A stretch of 64,000 nt of DNA. Source: a bacterium (GTDB lineage: Bacteria; Gemmatimonadota; Gemmatimonadetes; Gemmatimonadales; Gemmatimonadaceae). The DNA lies in contig JBDUCR010000035.1 of assembly GCA_040003345.1 (NCBI GenBank), forward strand, positions 2,244 to 66,243. The letters are read 5' to 3'. Below the pieces are notes generated by a model that was not told the DNA's origin, did not search any database, and saw nothing but the letters and a program-made list of their open reading frames with translations. The position numbers and the translations under genes are program-made. This document shows, one piece after another, positions 9,027 through 18,007 of the stretch (positions are counted from its first letter, which is position 1; each line of letters begins with the position of its first letter).

Positions 9027-9995
9027 ATGGCAATACTTCCTCCGCAGACCCAGAAATGGCCGGCCGACAAAGCCGTGCTGTTCATTCATGGAATCGGTAG
9101 CTCGAAAGTCGGCGACTACGACCCAATCGTCGCGCAACTCGAAGCAATACTCGGCGCCGATTCGAAACAGTTTGCCCTTTACTTTCTGTACTACGATCAG
9201 ATCAACCAATGGTTCGAGACGAAGCTGCAAGCGCAGGAGCAGATCACCAAGCTCATCTCGTTTCTGAGCTCGCAGCTCGAGGCCACAACACTGGGCAAGG
9301 CTGCCGCCGACTTTGCCGGCGACGTGATCTGGCCGGTGCTCATCGCCGATGCGCGGTTGGCGATTCGTGCGGCCGTGTTGCAGCAGCTTCAACAGATCGT
9401 ACTCGACGGCATCGCGGCCAACGTGCAGCCGCGCGATCAGCACATCACCATCATTGCGCACAGCCTTGGCTGCTTTCACGCGTACGAAGCGCTGAGCTTC
9501 GCCGCGGCCAATCCTGCGGAGGGCCTCGGCCCTGCGTCAGCGGGCGTGGTGCTTCAGAATCTCATTTTCATGGCGAGTCCAGTGCAGCTCATTCGTACGA
9601 GCGCAGAGAAGCTCGGCGGTGCGGTGCCGCAGCCCAAGTCGATGTTCTCGCTGTCGTCTCCCTCGCTTCAGATTCCGTCGGAAATCGGTGATGATGGCCG
9701 GCCGAAGTTGTGCGCGAAGAACACTGTGTCGATTGTCGGCAATCTCGATCCGGTGGGTGGGTTCTTCTTCCGCTCGCAATTGCCGTGGGCGTACGCGCAC
9801 CTGCCCGGTCAGGATGAGAAGATTGACCAGGAAAAGGTGGCGACCGTGAACGGATCCGAGGAGATATCGCTGGCGTCGATACTCCTGAGCTCATTGCAGA
9901 CGCAGGAGCCGCCGAAGATCGCGCCGGAGAATCCGCATGATTGGAGCGCGTACATCGCGCGTCATGCCGACGACTTGCGGAAGTGGCTCGCATGA
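9027..9995 (+). CDS. alpha/beta-fold serine hydrolase, lipase/esterase-like
   Basis: VLFIHGIGSS oxyanion region, nucleophile elbow IIAHSLGC (GxSxG type), later GNLDPVGG and NPHDW as candidate Asp and His. No signal peptide. Confidence 0.55.
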   Translation: MAILPPQTQKWPADKAVLFIHGIGSSKVGDYDPIVAQLEAILGADSKQFALYFLYYDQINQWFETKLQAQEQITKLISFLSSQLEATTLGKAAADFAGDVIWPVLIADARLAIRAAVLQQLQQIVLDGIAANVQPRDQHITIIAHSLGCFHAYEALSFAAANPAEGLGPASAGVVLQNLIFMASPVQLIRTSAEKLGGAVPQPKSMFSLSSPSLQIPSEIGDDGRPKLCAKNTVSIVGNLDPVGGFFFRSQLPWAYAHLPGQDEKIDQEKVATVNGSEEISLASILLSSLQTQEPPKIAPENPHDWSAYIARHADDLRKWLA

Positions 9996-10972
9996 CGCGC
10001 GCATCATGGGTGGTCTCACGCGTGCGTCGCGCTGCGCTCGCGATTGGGCTCGTACACGCGAGTGCGAGCGTATCGTATGCGCAGACGCAGGCACCGCAGG
10101 CCACGCTCGCAGGCATCTTCGCGCGCCTGCGTGCGGGAGCGCAGATCGTGAACTTTGCGACGGTGAGTCCGGCAGTGGATCAACGGCTCAACAACCTGCA
10201 GTCGTATTTCACGAGCGTGAATGCGATGGGGCTAACGCTCGATGAGTTGACCGATCTCTACACGCATCGTCGTGCCGATTTGCCGACAGTGGCGCGGTGG
10301 GACCGTCGTTCGCCGTCGCTCGTACCGGGCGTCGTCGATTCGTTGGTGGCGCTCAATATCGTGGCGCATGGCCAGCTGCTGGCGGCACTGCAGGGCCGAA
10401 TGAGTCGCGACTCGTTGAACGTGTTGTACAAGCCAGTCGACGACTTCGGGACCGAGGTCTTGGTGAAGGCGAAGGCGGCGAATCAGGAGAAGCTGCGGCG
10501 GTTCTCGATCAAGTATGGTCCAGACTCACCGCATTTGAATCTGGCCGAGGTTGGGCTCAATTATCTCGGGCAGTTGTTCATTCCCGGGTTGTTGCCGAGC
10601 GAGGATGGGTGGCCGACGCCGTTTGAGCTGGTGGCGACGTATCGGACGACGGATCTCACGGCGGCGCAGTCGGCTGCGGGGCATTTGACGGGACATGTGG
10701 TGACGAGCGCGCAGCTCGGAGTGCGGATGTATGGGTTCAGCGAGACCTGTGGGAAGGGCGGACGCTTTGCTGACTTATTGAATCCATGTCAGTCGTCCGC
10801 GGGTGCGTTTGTGCTGGGGCGGGAGGATTCGCCGTTTGCGAAGGTGTGGGGGTCGGGAGCGAGAGGCGGGGTGTATTTGGCGCGCGGGAAGTATCACCTC
10901 GGTTACGTGGTGGGTGCGGAGAAGCGGGTCGTCTTCGGGGTGGATCAGCAGTTGGTGCCGTATTTGTTCTAG
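9992..10972 (+). CDS. secreted hypothetical protein, translationally coupled to the hydrolase
   Basis: ATG at 9992 overlaps the upstream stop (ATGA). Signal-peptide-like MTRASWVVSRVRRAALAIGLVHASASVSYAQ. C-terminus ends ...VPYLF. No recognisable domain. Confidence 0.5.
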   Translation: MTRASWVVSRVRRAALAIGLVHASASVSYAQTQAPQATLAGIFARLRAGAQIVNFATVSPAVDQRLNNLQSYFTSVNAMGLTLDELTDLYTHRRADLPTVARWDRRSPSLVPGVVDSLVALNIVAHGQLLAALQGRMSRDSLNVLYKPVDDFGTEVLVKAKAANQEKLRRFSIKYGPDSPHLNLAEVGLNYLGQLFIPGLLPSEDGWPTPFELVATYRTTDLTAAQSAAGHLTGHVVTSAQLGVRMYGFSETCGKGGRFADLLNPCQSSAGAFVLGREDSPFAKVWGSGARGGVYLARGKYHLGYVVGAEKRVVFGVDQQLVPYLF

Positions 10973-11117
10973 GGTTTGGTACGTCCCGACTGAAGCCAAG
11001 ATGCCGAGGAAGCTTGATTCCCCGGGCAATCAGAGACGTATCTCGTTTAGGGCCAGCGGCTTGACTCGCGGACGTGCCGGCGTTTGAGCACGGTGGCACG
11101 CCGTATTGCCTGTTGCC

Positions 11118-11146
11118 ATGACGTTCTCATGACGCCATTGTAGAGA
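11118..11146 (+). promoter_or_regulatory. tandem heptamer direct repeat (ATGACGT / ATGACGC, 11-nt period) plus TAGAGA -10-like hexamer upstream of STAND paralogue 1
   Basis: Heptamers at 11118-11124 and 11129-11135. TAGAGA at 11141-11146. 72 nt separate the second heptamer from the ATG at 11207. Confidence 0.5.
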
Positions 11147-11158
11147 TTGCTTTGCCGA

Positions 11159-11182
11159 CGCGCGCGACGCCGCTCGCAGTAC
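11159..11182 (+). repeat. 24-nt leader element CGCGCGCGACGCCGCTCGCAGTAC, identical copy at 17969-17992
   Basis: Exact 24/24 identity read from both loci, in the 5' leaders of paralogues 1 and 3. Confidence 0.8.
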
Positions 11183-11206
11183 GCGAACATTCGATACGCG
11201 AGTGCC

Positions 11207-14200
11207 ATGAGCGACGCCCCCCCGTCCGCTGCTCGGCTCATTGAGGATCTCGGCGTAAAGCCACGCTCCAGTCGGTCTGGGGCGGGCACCGTGCCGATCG
11301 ACCGCTCACCAATGCGCCTGCGCATCCTCGGCGAGTCCGCGATCACGATCGGCGGCAAGGATTACACGCCGTCCGGGCAACACTTCTTCGCGCTGTTGCT
11401 TCGGCTTGGCGTCGACGCTGGCCGGTACTATCAGCGCCACGAGGTTGCGAGCCTCTTCTTTCCACAGGCACCCACCGCGAGTGCTGCGCTGCACAGCGCC
11501 CGTCAGTTGATCTATCAGGCGGCGGCAAGAGGCGCACCGATCGTACGAGTCAATGGTGCTGTTGCGCTGGATCCATCGTGCGTGAGTATCGATTTCGAGG
11601 AAGCGATTCTCGAGGATCAGGCTTCTGTCGGCTCGCGGTATCGGCCTGTCGGCGTCCTGCCTGGATACGCTCCGTCGATTTCAGACGAGCTTGACGAATG
11701 GCTCGAATCATATCGCGCACAGCAACAGGCGCGGTTTAGACATGCACTCGTCGAGGCGATCAGTGTCCTCCGGCGCCGAGCCGACTGGCGTGGCGTGGAA
11801 GCGCGTGCGCGGGAGTGTCTCTCTCTGGATCCACTGAGCGAGCCAGCGACGCTCGCTCTTGCGGAGGCATTGGCGCATACGGGATCGAAGGAACTCGCAG
11901 TCGCCACTCTCGATGCATACCGCGTGGAAGTCGCGCGTCGCAACATCGATATCGCGATGCCTGCCGCTTTGCTACGCAAGAGAATTGCGAGTGGTCCATT
12001 GCGCGACCGCCCGCCGATGGAGACAGCGTTCGTTGGTCGCGGCGCGGAGATCTCTGCTCTGCACCGACAGTGGCAGCGCGCTCGTGACGGGAACCTTGAA
12101 TACACGCTGATTCGCGGCGAGCCCGGCTCCGGAAAGACGCGGCTGATGGAGGAATTTCACGGGCTCGTAAGCCTGTCAGGCGGAAGCAACATCATGTTCG
12201 TGCGGCGCGCGGCATCGGAACCGTTCCGACCATACGCGTTGTTTGCCGAGCTGGCGTCGCATCTCATGCGAATGCCGGGTGCAGCTGGATGCAATCCCGA
12301 GTTGCTCCCGTTCCTTACTCGCTTGACGCGTGCAACGTTCGCGCGGGAAACTGACCCGACGACACCTGACGAGACCGCGTTCATCAGCACTGGCATCAAG
12401 CGCGCGATCGTCGACTTGATTGAATCTGTCAGTGGTGAGAAGCCCTGCCTTATCCTGTTGGACGACAGCCGAGCGATAGATGATGTGTCTCTTGGGCTTC
12501 TTCGCGAGCTTCCTGCTCTGGCACCGACACTCAGAGTTCATCTGGCCATCACGTGTGACACGCTTGACTCGCGCGAAGACATGTTGCTTCCATCGTCAGC
12601 AACGCTATCGCTCACTCCACTCTGTGCAGAGGCATCGCAGGAACTGCTGACAGGCTTGTTGGCAAAAATGGATCGTCGTCTCGATACCGAGACTTTCGAG
12701 TGGTGCGTAAGGGTGGCCGCTGGCAATCCCGCCTTTTTATCGCTGCTTGGCGCGCATGCGGCTGAGTCGCCGGGGTTGCCGGACGTGCCGGTGGACATCA
12801 TCGAGGTCGTCGACAAACGCATCGCCGGCCTCTCGCCAATTGTGGTACGCGTACTCGCGGCGTGCGCGGTCCTGGGCGACGACGATTGCACTTCTCACTT
12901 GTTGGAGTGTGTGCTAGCAATCGAGCCGTTGGCACTTCTCGGTGCGCTGCATGAGCTGGAGCATGGCGGCTTGATCGCCTACAGTGATGAGCGCATTCAT
13001 TTGCGCAGTGCGCTCTTCCGCGATCGTGTTCTTCAGTCGACCGGCGGTTCGGTTTTGAGCCTCTTGCATGGTCGTTGCGCGGCCGCCATGGAGGCCGAAC
13101 CGGCGAGCGCCGGATGTGACTGGCGCATTGCATCTCATTGGAGGCGTGCTGGCCAGCACAATCGAGCACGAGCGACGCTGATGAATTCATGGCGCGCCAG
13201 CCTTCAGTTGGGACAACCCAAGCAAGCGGTCGCGAGCCTTCGCGAATACCTCTCCTTAACGACGGACACGGTTGAGCGCGTCACACTCCATGATGGCCTG
13301 ATTGAGCTGACGCAGGCTATGCGCGACGGGCAAGCAACGGTACAGGCGATCGACGAAAGGCAGAAGCTTGTGTGCGCCGCGCAGCTCAACGACCCTCGTC
13401 GCGAGGCGCTTTCGTTCGACCGTCTCGACGCGGTGTTTCACGACGATGGCGATCAGTCCGCATATGCCAGTGAGCTCGTCGCGTTCATGAATTCGCGTGA
13501 GCTGGACACTCATCGCAGACTATCTGCCTCGCTCGAACTCATGATCTGCGCTGATGCTAAAGTTGATCCGGTGCTGGCGGATATGGTGCTGAAGAAGTTG
13601 CTCGTTCCAGACGAGTCGGATCAAAGAGCGCGACACACTTATCACTCCATCAAACTCATCTTTCACAGCGTATTTGGAGACAAGAGTGAGGCGCTGCGAC
13701 TGAGTCGTGAACTCATTTCATCCACTGCTAGCGACTTTGGTCATTGGCCAGATGCTCGCGCAAGGTTCAGAGCCTCCATGGCGATCTTGCTTACCGGCGA
13801 CGCGAGAGCAGCGACGGATCTCCTCGAGGCTTGCTATGCGCGGTTTGCGTCAGCGGGGGCCCTCTCCACTTGCGTGGCGATTTCGGGACGGCTGGCCAAC
13901 TTCTATTTTGACGAAGGCGATTTGGACCATGCACGTGAGTGGGAACGACGAGCGGCAGCTCACGTAGCGGAGGATGTCGAGCGCATCTTGCCGTGCGAGT
14001 ATCTGAGTGTGCGTGCCGATCTAGCACTCGTAGCCGGTGACTTCGCGACAGCTCGTGGTGCCATCGCGGTAATGCGCGATGCGAATCCTCTTTACCGTGC
14101 GCCGCGATACAGCATGGATCTGCTAGCGTACGAACTTCGATTGGCGCAGTTTGAAGGCGCTCCTGTGGCTGATTCCGATGTTCAGCGGTTGCTGGATTGG

Positions 14201-14431
14201 CATTTTATCGCTCGCGGTTACACGCGACACGATGATGTCATGGACTCTCTTTGGGTGGGTTTAGTCGCGCAAGGACGCGCGTCGTACGCGAGCAGTCTGC
14301 TGCGGGAATACTTGTGCCACTTTCGTCGCGAGCCCAAGGTGTGCGCCTTCCTCCTAAGGACACGCACAGCCGGCGATCCGGCATGGCTTATGGCCGCGCC
14401 CACAGCAACTCCCACCGTTCGGTCAACGTAA
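11207..14431 (+). CDS. SARP/AfsR-like STAND regulator, paralogue 1 (wHTH - BTAD - P-loop NTPase - helical/TPR-like C-terminal region)
   Basis: The wHTH-like region HFFALLLRLGVDAGRYYQRHEVASLFF..SARQLIYQ aligns with the other two copies. BTAD-like LDPLSEPATLALAEALAHTGSKELAVATLDAYR. Walker A GEPGSGKT and Walker B ILLDDSRAIDD. About 650 aa of helical C-terminus. Start set at the ATG at 11207, analogous to copy 3; 11312 (MRLRILG) is also possible, and the ORF-track TTG at 11147 is unlikely. Confidence 0.8.
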   Translation: MSDAPPSAARLIEDLGVKPRSSRSGAGTVPIDRSPMRLRILGESAITIGGKDYTPSGQHFFALLLRLGVDAGRYYQRHEVASLFFPQAPTASAALHSARQLIYQAAARGAPIVRVNGAVALDPSCVSIDFEEAILEDQASVGSRYRPVGVLPGYAPSISDELDEWLESYRAQQQARFRHALVEAISVLRRRADWRGVEARARECLSLDPLSEPATLALAEALAHTGSKELAVATLDAYRVEVARRNIDIAMPAALLRKRIASGPLRDRPPMETAFVGRGAEISALHRQWQRARDGNLEYTLIRGEPGSGKTRLMEEFHGLVSLSGGSNIMFVRRAASEPFRPYALFAELASHLMRMPGAAGCNPELLPFLTRLTRATFARETDPTTPDETAFISTGIKRAIVDLIESVSGEKPCLILLDDSRAIDDVSLGLLRELPALAPTLRVHLAITCDTLDSREDMLLPSSATLSLTPLCAEASQELLTGLLAKMDRRLDTETFEWCVRVAAGNPAFLSLLGAHAAESPGLPDVPVDIIEVVDKRIAGLSPIVVRVLAACAVLGDDDCTSHLLECVLAIEPLALLGALHELEHGGLIAYSDERIHLRSALFRDRVLQSTGGSVLSLLHGRCAAAMEAEPASAGCDWRIASHWRRAGQHNRARATLMNSWRASLQLGQPKQAVASLREYLSLTTDTVERVTLHDGLIELTQAMRDGQATVQAIDERQKLVCAAQLNDPRREALSFDRLDAVFHDDGDQSAYASELVAFMNSRELDTHRRLSASLELMICADAKVDPVLADMVLKKLLVPDESDQRARHTYHSIKLIFHSVFGDKSEALRLSRELISSTASDFGHWPDARARFRASMAILLTGDARAATDLLEACYARFASAGALSTCVAISGRLANFYFDEGDLDHAREWERRAAAHVAEDVERILPCEYLSVRADLALVAGDFATARGAIAVMRDANPLYRAPRYSMDLLAYELRLAQFEGAPVADSDVQRLLDWHFIARGYTRHDDVMDSLWVGLVAQGRASYASSLLREYLCHFRREPKVCAFLLRTRTAGDPAWLMAAPTATPTVRST

Positions 14432-14571
14432 GCTGACATCGCCTACGCACTTGCGTTTCGCCTTACCCTTATTCGTCGGTTCTCACCGAGCGTTGCCCCT
14501 TGCATGGCAGGCCCCCTTCAGCTGCGCCAGCGATCTAGCCACGAGGGGCGTCTATCGACATGCCGATACCG

Positions 14572-14602
14572 ATGACGCGCCAGTGACGCTCTCCCCAATA
14601 CT
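14572..14602 (+). promoter_or_regulatory. tandem heptamer direct repeat (ATGACGC / GTGACGC, 11-nt period) plus AATACT -10-like hexamer upstream of STAND paralogue 2
   Basis: Heptamers at 14572-14578 and 14583-14589. AATACT at 14597-14602. 68 nt to the ATG at 14657. Confidence 0.5.
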
Positions 14603-14656
14603 CGGTGCAGGCTCGGCGGCGCCCCCCACTTTCCTCGATCGCCAGGACGAGAGAGC

Positions 14657-17600
14657 ATGAGCAAAGTCCACCTTTCCATTCTCGGCGATTGTATCATCGA
14701 TGTCGATGGCACCCAGGTGACTCCGGCTGCGCCGCACCTCTTCGCGCTGCTGCTCATCCTTGCGCTGGAGCGAGAGCGGAAGGTATGCCGATCCGAGCTC
14801 CAGATCCTTCTCTTCGAGCAAGGCATCGACGCGCGCCAGGCATCTCACAATTTGCGACAGCTGCTGTACCGTCTTCGCCGCATGGGCCTACAAATCGACG
14901 ACGGCCCGTCCGGCATGAGCCTCACGAATGTAGAAGTGCTTCCGCCGATGCATTGCTTGGAAGGGAAGAGCATCGAGGAGCGCGCTGTCGTCACGCGCGA
15001 ATCGCTACAGGCACTGCCGTCGTATACGCCCCGCCTTTCGAAGCCCTTCGCGGAGTGGATCGAGCAGGCAACAGAGCGGATCAACGACGGCGTTCGGAGC
15101 TTGTTGCTATCGGATCTACGAGCGTTGCGATCGTCGCGCGCGTGGCTTCACACCTCCCGCCTGGCCGCAACTCTTCTTCTGTTCGACCCTTTGAACGAAG
15201 AGGCAGTGATTGCCAGAGCGGAAGCGCTCGCGATGCTTGGCGATCGCGATTCCGCGCTCGACGCACTTGATGCGTACATGCGCGAAGCAGATGGTGGGTC
15301 TCAGAACACGCGCGAAGTACGATCACTCCGGGCGAGAATAGCCCGACGATCGCCTAGCGGGGCCGCCGAGCTTCTTCTTGGTCGGACGACGGCGCTCGAA
15401 GGACTTGAGTCCGAATGGAACAGGGCGCAGTCGGGCGGCGGCGCCCGACTGCATGTCATCATCGGCGCTCCAGGCATCGGAAAGACGCGTCTTCTACAGG
15501 AGTTTTCCGCCACCATCGGCTTGCGGCGAGCTCACGTCATTCATCATCGCTGCGATAGCCAATCGCGCGCATATCCCCTCTCGCTGTTCTCGCAGATTCT
15601 GCCGAACCTGCGCGCCATGCGCGGAAGCTTAGGTGCATCGCCGCAATACACGCAGACGCTTGATTTGCTTCGACCCTCGCTCGATTCATCTCAAACTGCA
15701 ATTCCGGAGGGGCTCTCAATCGAAGCGGTCCGCGCCGAGGTTCAGTTCGCGTTGGTGGATCTCATGGAGGCAGTGAGCTGTGAGCAGCCGATTCTTCTTG
15801 CAGTGGATGACGCGCATCTTCTCGATGACGCCTCCGTCTCGATGCTGCGCGTGCTGAGCACGTCCGCAAATGCCGCGGAGCTCTTGATCGTCGCCTGCAG
15901 TCGACCCTCCTCCGGTCCGGCGTCGCTTCTCGAGCGCGGACAGCGCGCCACTTCTCAACTTCTTTCTCCGTTGAACGCGAGTGACTCGCGAGCCTTGCTG
16001 CTCGCGCTTGCAACGACTCCGGATGCGAATCGCGACGACTTCGAATGGTGTCTCGCTCAATCCGGCGGGAACCCGTTCTACATTCACGCGCTGGCCAAGC
16101 ACGACCTCAAGCCGCCGACATTGGATTCGGTTCCGTTTGACCTTCACTCACTTGCATCCTCCTCGTACTTCGCGCTGCGCTCGCCGGCGCGTTTGGTGCT
16201 CGAGTCCTGTCTCGTACTCGGCCTCCACGCTACGATAGGTCGCGTCGGGCTCGTTTCCGGATTGGATGAGCTGGAGCTGGTGTCAGCCCTTCGCGAGCTC
16301 GAAGAGCAGGATCTCATCCGTTTCGGAGATGACAGAATCTTGGGCCCGCATTCGCTCCTTCACGATGCGCTTCGTGGGTTCGTCCCTACAACTGTGCGTG
16401 CGTTGTTGAACAAGCGTGGTGCACAAGCACTCGCCGAAGAGTGCATGGAGCGCGAATACTCCACGTCATTGGCCCTCGCCGCGGCGGATTGCTGGATCGC
16501 CGCTGGTGACGTTCTCACCGCCCTTGGTCTCCTTAGACGTTGCGCCTCCGAGGCTGCGTCAATCGGTGAGCCTGCGGCTGCCGCCGAGCTTCTCAGTCGC
16601 ATGGTTCACGCATCACTCCCGCTGACAGAGCGACGCTCGCTGTTGGACGACATCGTCAGATACGCTAGTACGGGCGGTTCCCCTCAGCTTGCGGCAGACT
16701 CATTGCGGGAGCGCTTGGCGGTTGCGCGCGCTTTGAACGAGCCATCGACGTCGACCCAAGAGCTCGAGTTCCGTATCATTGAAACGGACATGCAGAACGA
16801 AGTAGAACAGGTGGATGCCGTTGATCCGCTTCTGTCACTCCTCAATCACACTCTCTCGAGCCCCGGTCTTCGTGATCGAATACTGGTCCGCCTAATGATG
16901 ATTGCCGACGGTGAATTCGACGTGACTCTCGCCAAGTCACTTTACGAACAGTCGCTGACGCACGACGACATCAACGCGACTCGGTCGGCGAGTAAGCTTA
17001 TAGCACTTTTAGTCTACCATACGACATTTGGCAGCCGTGATCGTGCATGCGCTCTCGCCGACGAGCTGCTCGCTCGCTATCCCGTTGCCTCGCTGGATGA
17101 GCTCTCTTTGAGAGCCCGTTACAATGCGCTTTTTGCGCTTTACAGGTTGCGTCGCACTGACACGTTATGCGCGATCCTCGAAGCAGAATATCGATTCATG
17201 GCCACTCACGACATCCGCTCCGCCGCGCTACATGCTGCATCACTTCTCATGGAGGTCACGATCTCAGTTGGCGACATGGCCGCCGCAGTGCATTGGCTTG
17301 CCGCGTCGGAGGAGCTCTTATGCGGCGCCACAGTGCATAAGCTCGCGCCCCACAGCGGGCATAATTCGTCCGCTGCGCTGCTAGCAACGTTGGATGGACA
17401 CTTCGAAGTGGCGGAAAAGTTCAACGCGCTCTTGCGCGATGAATCCCGAATGAAGTCGGCTCGCTTCGAGGCGATTTGTCTTTCGTTGCGACTGCGTGTA
17501 TTTGCGTTACAAGGCTCCGTGGACGATCACAAGGAGCTTTCGCTCCGACTGAGGGATTTGTATGAGCGTGGTCGACGTCTTGGTGGACAAGACGTGATCG

Positions 17601-17800
17601 TCGAAGTGCTGTGGCGAATCGAAGCTTTGGCTGGCAATCATGCCGCCGCATCCCAAATGCTGAGTGAATATCTCAGTGATCATCGTCGGGAGCTTGGCCC
17701 GCCTGAGTGGCTTTTGCGGGTCACCACCTCGGCAGATGCCGCGTGGAAAGTATCAAAAATGGGGCAAGACCGCCGAGCGGACACGTCGACTGCGGCGTGA
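14657..17800 (+). CDS. SARP/AfsR-like STAND regulator, paralogue 2
   Basis: wHTH-like HLFALLLILALERERKVCRSELQILLF...QASHNLRQLLYRLRRMG. BTAD-like FDPLNEEAVIARAEALAMLGDRDSALDALDAYM. Walker A GAPGIGKT (about nt 15464-15487) and Walker B ILLAVDDAHLLDD. Long helical C-terminus with the conserved block GGQDVIVEVLW...YLSDHRRE. Confidence 0.85.
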   Translation: MSKVHLSILGDCIIDVDGTQVTPAAPHLFALLLILALERERKVCRSELQILLFEQGIDARQASHNLRQLLYRLRRMGLQIDDGPSGMSLTNVEVLPPMHCLEGKSIEERAVVTRESLQALPSYTPRLSKPFAEWIEQATERINDGVRSLLLSDLRALRSSRAWLHTSRLAATLLLFDPLNEEAVIARAEALAMLGDRDSALDALDAYMREADGGSQNTREVRSLRARIARRSPSGAAELLLGRTTALEGLESEWNRAQSGGGARLHVIIGAPGIGKTRLLQEFSATIGLRRAHVIHHRCDSQSRAYPLSLFSQILPNLRAMRGSLGASPQYTQTLDLLRPSLDSSQTAIPEGLSIEAVRAEVQFALVDLMEAVSCEQPILLAVDDAHLLDDASVSMLRVLSTSANAAELLIVACSRPSSGPASLLERGQRATSQLLSPLNASDSRALLLALATTPDANRDDFEWCLAQSGGNPFYIHALAKHDLKPPTLDSVPFDLHSLASSSYFALRSPARLVLESCLVLGLHATIGRVGLVSGLDELELVSALRELEEQDLIRFGDDRILGPHSLLHDALRGFVPTTVRALLNKRGAQALAEECMEREYSTSLALAAADCWIAAGDVLTALGLLRRCASEAASIGEPAAAAELLSRMVHASLPLTERRSLLDDIVRYASTGGSPQLAADSLRERLAVARALNEPSTSTQELEFRIIETDMQNEVEQVDAVDPLLSLLNHTLSSPGLRDRILVRLMMIADGEFDVTLAKSLYEQSLTHDDINATRSASKLIALLVYHTTFGSRDRACALADELLARYPVASLDELSLRARYNALFALYRLRRTDTLCAILEAEYRFMATHDIRSAALHAASLLMEVTISVGDMAAAVHWLAASEELLCGATVHKLAPHSGHNSSAALLATLDGHFEVAEKFNALLRDESRMKSARFEAICLSLRLRVFALQGSVDDHKELSLRLRDLYERGRRLGGQDVIVEVLWRIEALAGNHAAASQMLSEYLSDHRRELGPPEWLLRVTTSADAAWKVSKMGQDRRADTSTAA

Positions 17801-17931
17801 GGGTCGGCGTGCACTTCGTACTCGCGCTGAATCGTAGTGACCTCGCATTTCGACACTTCGGCCCGCTAGCAATTGGCTTGTGTTCGTACGATAGCGCTCA
17901 CTACAGGTCGTGGCCGGACTGCTCCTTGCCG

Positions 17932-17960
17932 ATGACGCTCAAATGACGCCATAGTAGAGA
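17932..17960 (+). promoter_or_regulatory. tandem heptamer direct repeat (ATGACGC / ATGACGC, 11-nt period) plus TAGAGA -10-like hexamer upstream of STAND paralogue 3
   Basis: Heptamers at 17932-17938 and 17943-17949. TAGAGA at 17955-17960. 59 nt to the ATG at 18008. Confidence 0.5.
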
Positions 17961-17968
17961 CTGCTACT

Positions 17969-17992
17969 CGCGCGCGACGCCGCTCGCAGTAC
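17969..17992 (+). repeat. second copy of the 24-nt leader element CGCGCGCGACGCCGCTCGCAGTAC
   Basis: Identical to 11159-11182. Confidence 0.8.
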
Positions 17993-18007
17993 CGCGCACC
18001 GCGAAAC

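Noticed and set aside
11094-11109. sigma54-like element TGGCACGCCGTATTGC just upstream of the heptamer repeats of STAND paralogue 1.
   Set aside because: The GG and GC dinucleotides are separated by 11 nt instead of the required 10 (TGGCAC-N6-TTGC rather than N5). sigma54 promoters do not tolerate this change. Copies 2 and 3 have no counterpart.
14451-14660. 69-aa ORF in the spacer between STAND paralogues 1 and 2, and a similar one at 17707-17946.
   Set aside because: It has a TTG start, no RBS and no motifs, and it overlaps the heptamer operator and leader. It is most likely non-coding regulatory DNA.
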